Assembly: GCA_039815375.1 (NCBI GenBank)
Contig: JBCBZJ010000023.1
Location: 1 to 45,375 of the forward strand
DNA: 45,375 nt
Origin: Verrucomicrobiota bacterium
GTDB taxonomy: Bacteria; Verrucomicrobiota; Verrucomicrobiia; Opitutales; Coraliomargaritaceae
Direction of reading: 5' to 3'
Part shown: positions 42,278 to 45,375 of the stretch, piece after piece
Layout: each line of letters begins with the position of its first letter
Position numbering within the stretch: the stretch's first letter is position 1
The notes under the pieces: generated by a model
What the model was told of the DNA's origin: nothing
Database searches by the model: none
Seen by the model: only the letters and a program-made list of their open reading frames with translations
Program-made: the position numbers and the translations under genes

Positions 42278-42790
42278 TTATGCTTCGACTGGGCAACAAG
42301 CCATTGCCGGCATCGGAACCTGAGGTGTAGCAGAAGCTTTGCCGCCACAGGAACCGCAGCAGGACTTCTTTTCTTCGCCACCACAGGAACCGCAACAAGC
42401 TTTCTTTTCTTCACCACCGCAGGAGCCGCAGCAGGACTTCTTTTCTTCGCCACCGCAACTACCGCAGCAAGACTTCTTCTCTTCACCACCGCAACTACCG
42501 CAGCAGGACTTCTTTTCTTCGCCACCGCAACTACCGCAGCAAGACTTCTTTTCTTCACCACCACAGGAACCGCAGCAGGACTTCTTCTCGCCATCGCAGG
42601 CTTTCTCTTTACTGCACATTTTTTCGCCGCCGCAGGAACCACAGCAGGACTTCTTTTCTTCACCACCACAACTACCGCAACAGGTGGCTTCTTCGCTATG
42701 AGAGTGACCATGAGCATCGGCTGTCGCACAACCGGTATAAAACAGTGCTCCGAGAATCAGGAATAAGGAGGGAAGGAAGGTTCTTTTCAT
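42278..42790 (-). CDS. Cysteine-rich repeat lipoprotein (metallothionein-like)
   Basis: Signal peptide [27 protein letters not shown], nine CCGSCGG motifs, 32 Cys in 170 aa; variation between repeats is synonymous in this frame. Confidence 0.8.
   Translation of the reverse strand: MKRTFLPSLFLILGALFYTGCATADAHGHSHSEEATCCGSCGGEEKKSCCGSCGGEKMCSKEKACDGEKKSCCGSCGGEEKKSCCGSCGGEEKKSCCGSCGGEEKKSCCGSCGGEEKKSCCGSCGGEEKKACCGSCGGEEKKSCCGSCGGKASATPQVPMPAMACCPVEA
42341..42682 (-). repeat. 36-bp tandem repeat encoding [12 protein letters not shown]
   Basis: Units such as TGCTGCGGTAGTTGCGGTGGCGAAGAAAAGAAGTCC; two copies, one degenerate unit, then seven more. Confidence 0.95.
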
Positions 42791-42816
42791 ATTTTTGTTA
42801 AGTATGTAAGTATTTG

Positions 42817-42839
42817 ATTTATAGCACCAAAACTTGGTG
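42817..42839 (-). promoter_or_regulatory. Extended -10-like element overlapped by a dyad upstream of the Cys-rich gene
   Basis: Minus strand TGCTATAAAT (42826-42817); dyad CACCAA-N3-TTGGTG at 42825-42839. Confidence 0.4.
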
Positions 42840-42881
42840 TCAGCAGGTAGGAGAAAACTAGTGGATACTTATTCCCAGTTA

Positions 42882-43661
42882 TTACGCAACTACAACTTGG
42901 TCGTAAGAATGGGCTAATCCAGAGCCCGGATCAACGTCGATCAAACAGCCAGATATGCGGACATCTTTATCGGCAACCGGGAAACGCCGCTTCATCCCAT
43001 CCCGAAATGTGGCGATCACTTCACTCTTTTCCCGGCCAAGCACGGAGTCGTAGGGTCCGCACATTCCAGCGTCAGTCAGATAGGCAGTGCCTTCAGGTAA
43101 AACGCGCCCGTCGGCGGTCGGAACATGGGTATGGGTGCCGATTACCGCAGCTGCTCGGCCATCAAGATGCCAACCCAAGGCAATTTTCTCCGAGGTCGCC
43201 TCCATGTGAGCTTCAACAAAAACGGCGTCACACTTATCACGAAGCTCAGCCAACTTTGAGTCGGCAACTTGAAAGGGGCAACTCGCCTTTAGGCCCATGA
43301 AATTTCTGCCAAGAACGGTGAAAATACCCAAACGGAATCCAGATTTCTCAACCACCAGATGGCTTCGCCCTGGGTTTTTCTTGGGCAAATTCGCCGGCCT
43401 ACAGACCCTTTCGAGCTCTACAATTTCATTTTCAAAATTCTTTTGATCCCAAACATGATCCCCCAGCGTGATGGCATCGATCCCGGCATCCAGAAGCCCA
43501 TCGGCTATTTTCTTAGTTATGCCAGCTCCCCCTGCAGCGTTTTCGCCATTTGCGATGACAATGTCTGCACCAAGCTGCTCCCGAAGGCTCGCCACTCGCT
43601 CGATCACGATGCTGCGGCCCGGACGGCCTACGATATCCCCGAGAAACAAAACTTTGGGCAT
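42882..43661 (-). CDS. YmdB/TIGR00282-family metallophosphoesterase
   Basis: [50 protein letters not shown]...SVLG. Confidence 0.92.
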   Translation of the reverse strand: MPKVLFLGDIVGRPGRSIVIERVASLREQLGADIVIANGENAAGGAGITKKIADGLLDAGIDAITLGDHVWDQKNFENEIVELERVCRPANLPKKNPGRSHLVVEKSGFRLGIFTVLGRNFMGLKASCPFQVADSKLAELRDKCDAVFVEAHMEATSEKIALGWHLDGRAAAVIGTHTHVPTADGRVLPEGTAYLTDAGMCGPYDSVLGREKSEVIATFRDGMKRRFPVADKDVRISGCLIDVDPGSGLAHSYDQVVVA

Positions 43662-43703
43662 GTGCGGACAGCATCAAAACTGCCGAAACCTGGCAAGCAC
43701 TCT

Positions 43704-44813
43704 CTAGAGGAATCGATTCGAGTCTGGATGTAGGTTACGGATTTGCGTCTTCTCTTCACTGGTCAAATCCTTGGTGGAAAAGATGCGCAAACCACCACCT
43801 TCCTTTTCAAGAAGCAAGTATGCAGCGAATAACCCGCCCGGCGCTTCAGCAACAAGAATGTCAATCTTCGTCGGTGTCCCAGCGGACAAGGTTATCCAGT
43901 CCCCGTAAATAAAAGGTCTAGCCTGCATTCCAAAATGGACTGTGCCCTTTTCGGCTTTGCTTTGATCCCAGCTGGAATAACCATTGTTAACGCTCCCATC
44001 CAAAACGATTTTATTCCGCACGCGGACTATCATCGCATCATCGGCTTTGCCGGCAAAACGAAAACGACCGGACTCGGAAGGGACGAATGTTCCCGTGTAA
44101 ACCGCGAGAATTGCCTTGGCCTCAATTTCACGCTCCGCTTCGAATGCCTTCGGTGCATCACTTGCATCGCCATTGGGGATTACAAAATAAGAACTGTAGA
44201 GTTTTTTCTTGGCTTGTTTGAAGCTGCTTTCGAGTCCGCTCAAATTCCACGAGCCATTTGCGAACTCACTGATGACTTTTTGAGCGTACAATCCAACCTC
44301 CGGTTCTAATTTGGCCGACTGACGATCATAATTAATCAGTGCTCTTCCATTCTTATCGTTTTTCAGATCGAATAAAATGCCTTCCAAGGTCCCTTCGACA
44401 AAACCGCTATAACCGAACTTGGTTAAATCGATGGACATTTCACGAATCTGGGAGGTTCCAGAACCGCTGCCGAAGTCACCGCTGCCGCTGCCTCTACCAT
44501 ATGACGAAGTGCTCTCAACATTTACGTCGATATCCAGAGCAGGCAATGCAATGTCAGGCGAATCGACCACGATCGGATTTGGCCTCGGAGGTGCACTTTC
44601 CTGATTGCGCTGCTCCAGATTGACCTCGAATTCAGGTATCTCTTCCGCAAGCGGCAGAGGCGGCGGAGAGACGAAAGCCACTTCATCACGCATCACGACT
44701 TGAGCTATTTTTACAGCTCCGAAAACAAATAAGGCGAGCAGATGCAGTGCAACACTAACCACCAAAACGAGAGTGAGGGTGCCTCGTAAGGACTTTTTAC
44801 TACTGAAATCCAT
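43704..44813 (-). CDS. Membrane-anchored hypothetical protein with Pro-rich linker and PA14-like C-terminal domain
   Basis: TM 'SVALHLLAL', Pro-rich and Gly/Ser linker, 'Y.G.F.P..SGRFRFAG.ADD...VRV..K.VLD'. Confidence 0.65.
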   Translation of the reverse strand: MDFSSKKSLRGTLTLVLVVSVALHLLALFVFGAVKIAQVVMRDEVAFVSPPPLPLAEEIPEFEVNLEQRNQESAPPRPNPIVVDSPDIALPALDIDVNVESTSSYGRGSGSGDFGSGSGTSQIREMSIDLTKFGYSGFVEGTLEGILFDLKNDKNGRALINYDRQSAKLEPEVGLYAQKVISEFANGSWNLSGLESSFKQAKKKLYSSYFVIPNGDASDAPKAFEAEREIEAKAILAVYTGTFVPSESGRFRFAGKADDAMIVRVRNKIVLDGSVNNGYSSWDQSKAEKGTVHFGMQARPFIYGDWITLSAGTPTKIDILVAEAPGGLFAAYLLLEKEGGGLRIFSTKDLTSEEKTQIRNLHPDSNRFL

Positions 44814-45053
44814 TAATTTAGGGTATGGGGGATATAGACTTAATTGAATAAAAACCTAAAAAATCCAATTGATCAAGAGAATCTCCGATTCAATAGGAGT
44901 TTAAACCGGATTTCTCTGCCTTACCTACGGTTCGGCAAGTGAATATACACTGCTTACATGCTTGATTTAGGGCGATTTTACTGTCTTCTTCCTCCCCTTT
45001 TCGAAACTTGCGCGCACTCGCAAGCATAGACAGTAACGCAAAACCACAAAAAC

Positions 45054-45375
45054 ATGAAATCCGAAAAAGCTATCGACCTCCCAAAGCAGGACGAAATCGG
45101 CCCTGAAATGAAGGGTGCAGACGTCCTTGTCGCCTCACTTGAGCGCGAGGGTGTCGACGTGGTATATGCTTACCCCGGCGGCGCGTCTATGGAACTTCAC
45201 CAAGCTCTGACGAAAAGTGAGAAGATCCGCACCATTCTGCCTCGTTTCGAGCAGGGAGGTGGCTTCATGGCCCATGGTCATGCCCGCGCAACAGGCAAAG
45301 CGAGCGTTTGCATGGCTACCTCAGGCCCTGGAGCGACCAATCTCGTCACCTGTATCGCTGATGCGTTCATGGACA
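45054..45375 (+). CDS. ilvB: Acetolactate synthase large subunit (3' partial)
   Basis: Manual translation from ATG 45054: ...[31 protein letters not shown]...[34 protein letters not shown]; runs off the window end. Confidence 0.93.
   Translation, partial: MKSEKAIDLPKQDEIGPEMKGADVLVASLEREGVDVVYAYPGGASMELHQALTKSEKIRTILPRFEQGGGFMAHGHARATGKASVCMATSGPGATNLVTCIADAFMD

Noticed and set aside
42341..42682. 36-bp periodicity suggesting a CRISPR array
   Set aside because: Units are contiguous with no unique spacers, lie within a coding frame, and no cas genes are present.
42151..42766. Alternative-frame ORFs over the repeat (192 aa [10 protein letters not shown], 167 aa [12 protein letters not shown], 120 aa [12 protein letters not shown])
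   Set aside because: By-products of a stop-free 36-bp repeat. Variation is synonymous only in the CCGSCGG frame, which also has the signal peptide and terminator.
44958..45029. 23-aa uORF (MLDLGRFYCLLPPLFETCAHSQA) upstream of ilvB as an attenuator leader
   Set aside because: It has five Leu but no Ile or Val, and the following hairpin has no U-tract and overlaps a probable promoter; support is insufficient.
45241..45260. RFEQ instead of RHEQ in IlvB
   Set aside because: The catalytic Glu is retained and the surrounding motifs are canonical; likely lineage variation.

Overview
Bacterial chromosomal segment of mostly core genes. The gene content points to Verrucomicrobiota, probably Opitutia/Puniceicoccales-like; this is an inference. 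In order: the 3' part of a double-PA14 protein, deoC plus a full-length and a truncated aldehyde dehydrogenase, a 1304-aa secreted metzincin with Ig/PA14/PKD-like modules, rpsL-rpsG-fusA-rpsJ (no tuf, no rplC), nupC-folD-RDD-hybrid kinase-proC, a lipoprotein, cysK, infA, tadA, sodA, tRNA-Gly(GCC), a sigma54 response regulator with a solute-binding protein, a moxR/DUF58/bat operon, a divergent thymidine-phosphorylase-family gene, argS, hisG-aguB-aguA, bcp, two orphan response regulators, an SSS symporter, a cysteine-repeat lipoprotein, a YmdB-type phosphodiesterase, a membrane-anchored PA14-like protein and the 5' part of ilvB. I saw no integrase, transposase, prophage or CRISPR array. Most notable: (1) a probable exported metallothionein-like lipoprotein with nine CCGSCGG motifs; (2) a thymidine phosphorylase homologue with a remodelled active site; (3) an apparently split ALDH16-like pair behind deoC; (4) signs of leaderless or non-Shine-Dalgarno expression; (5) a duplicated tRNA-Gly 3' end. 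All calls come from reading motifs by eye; no database searches were run.
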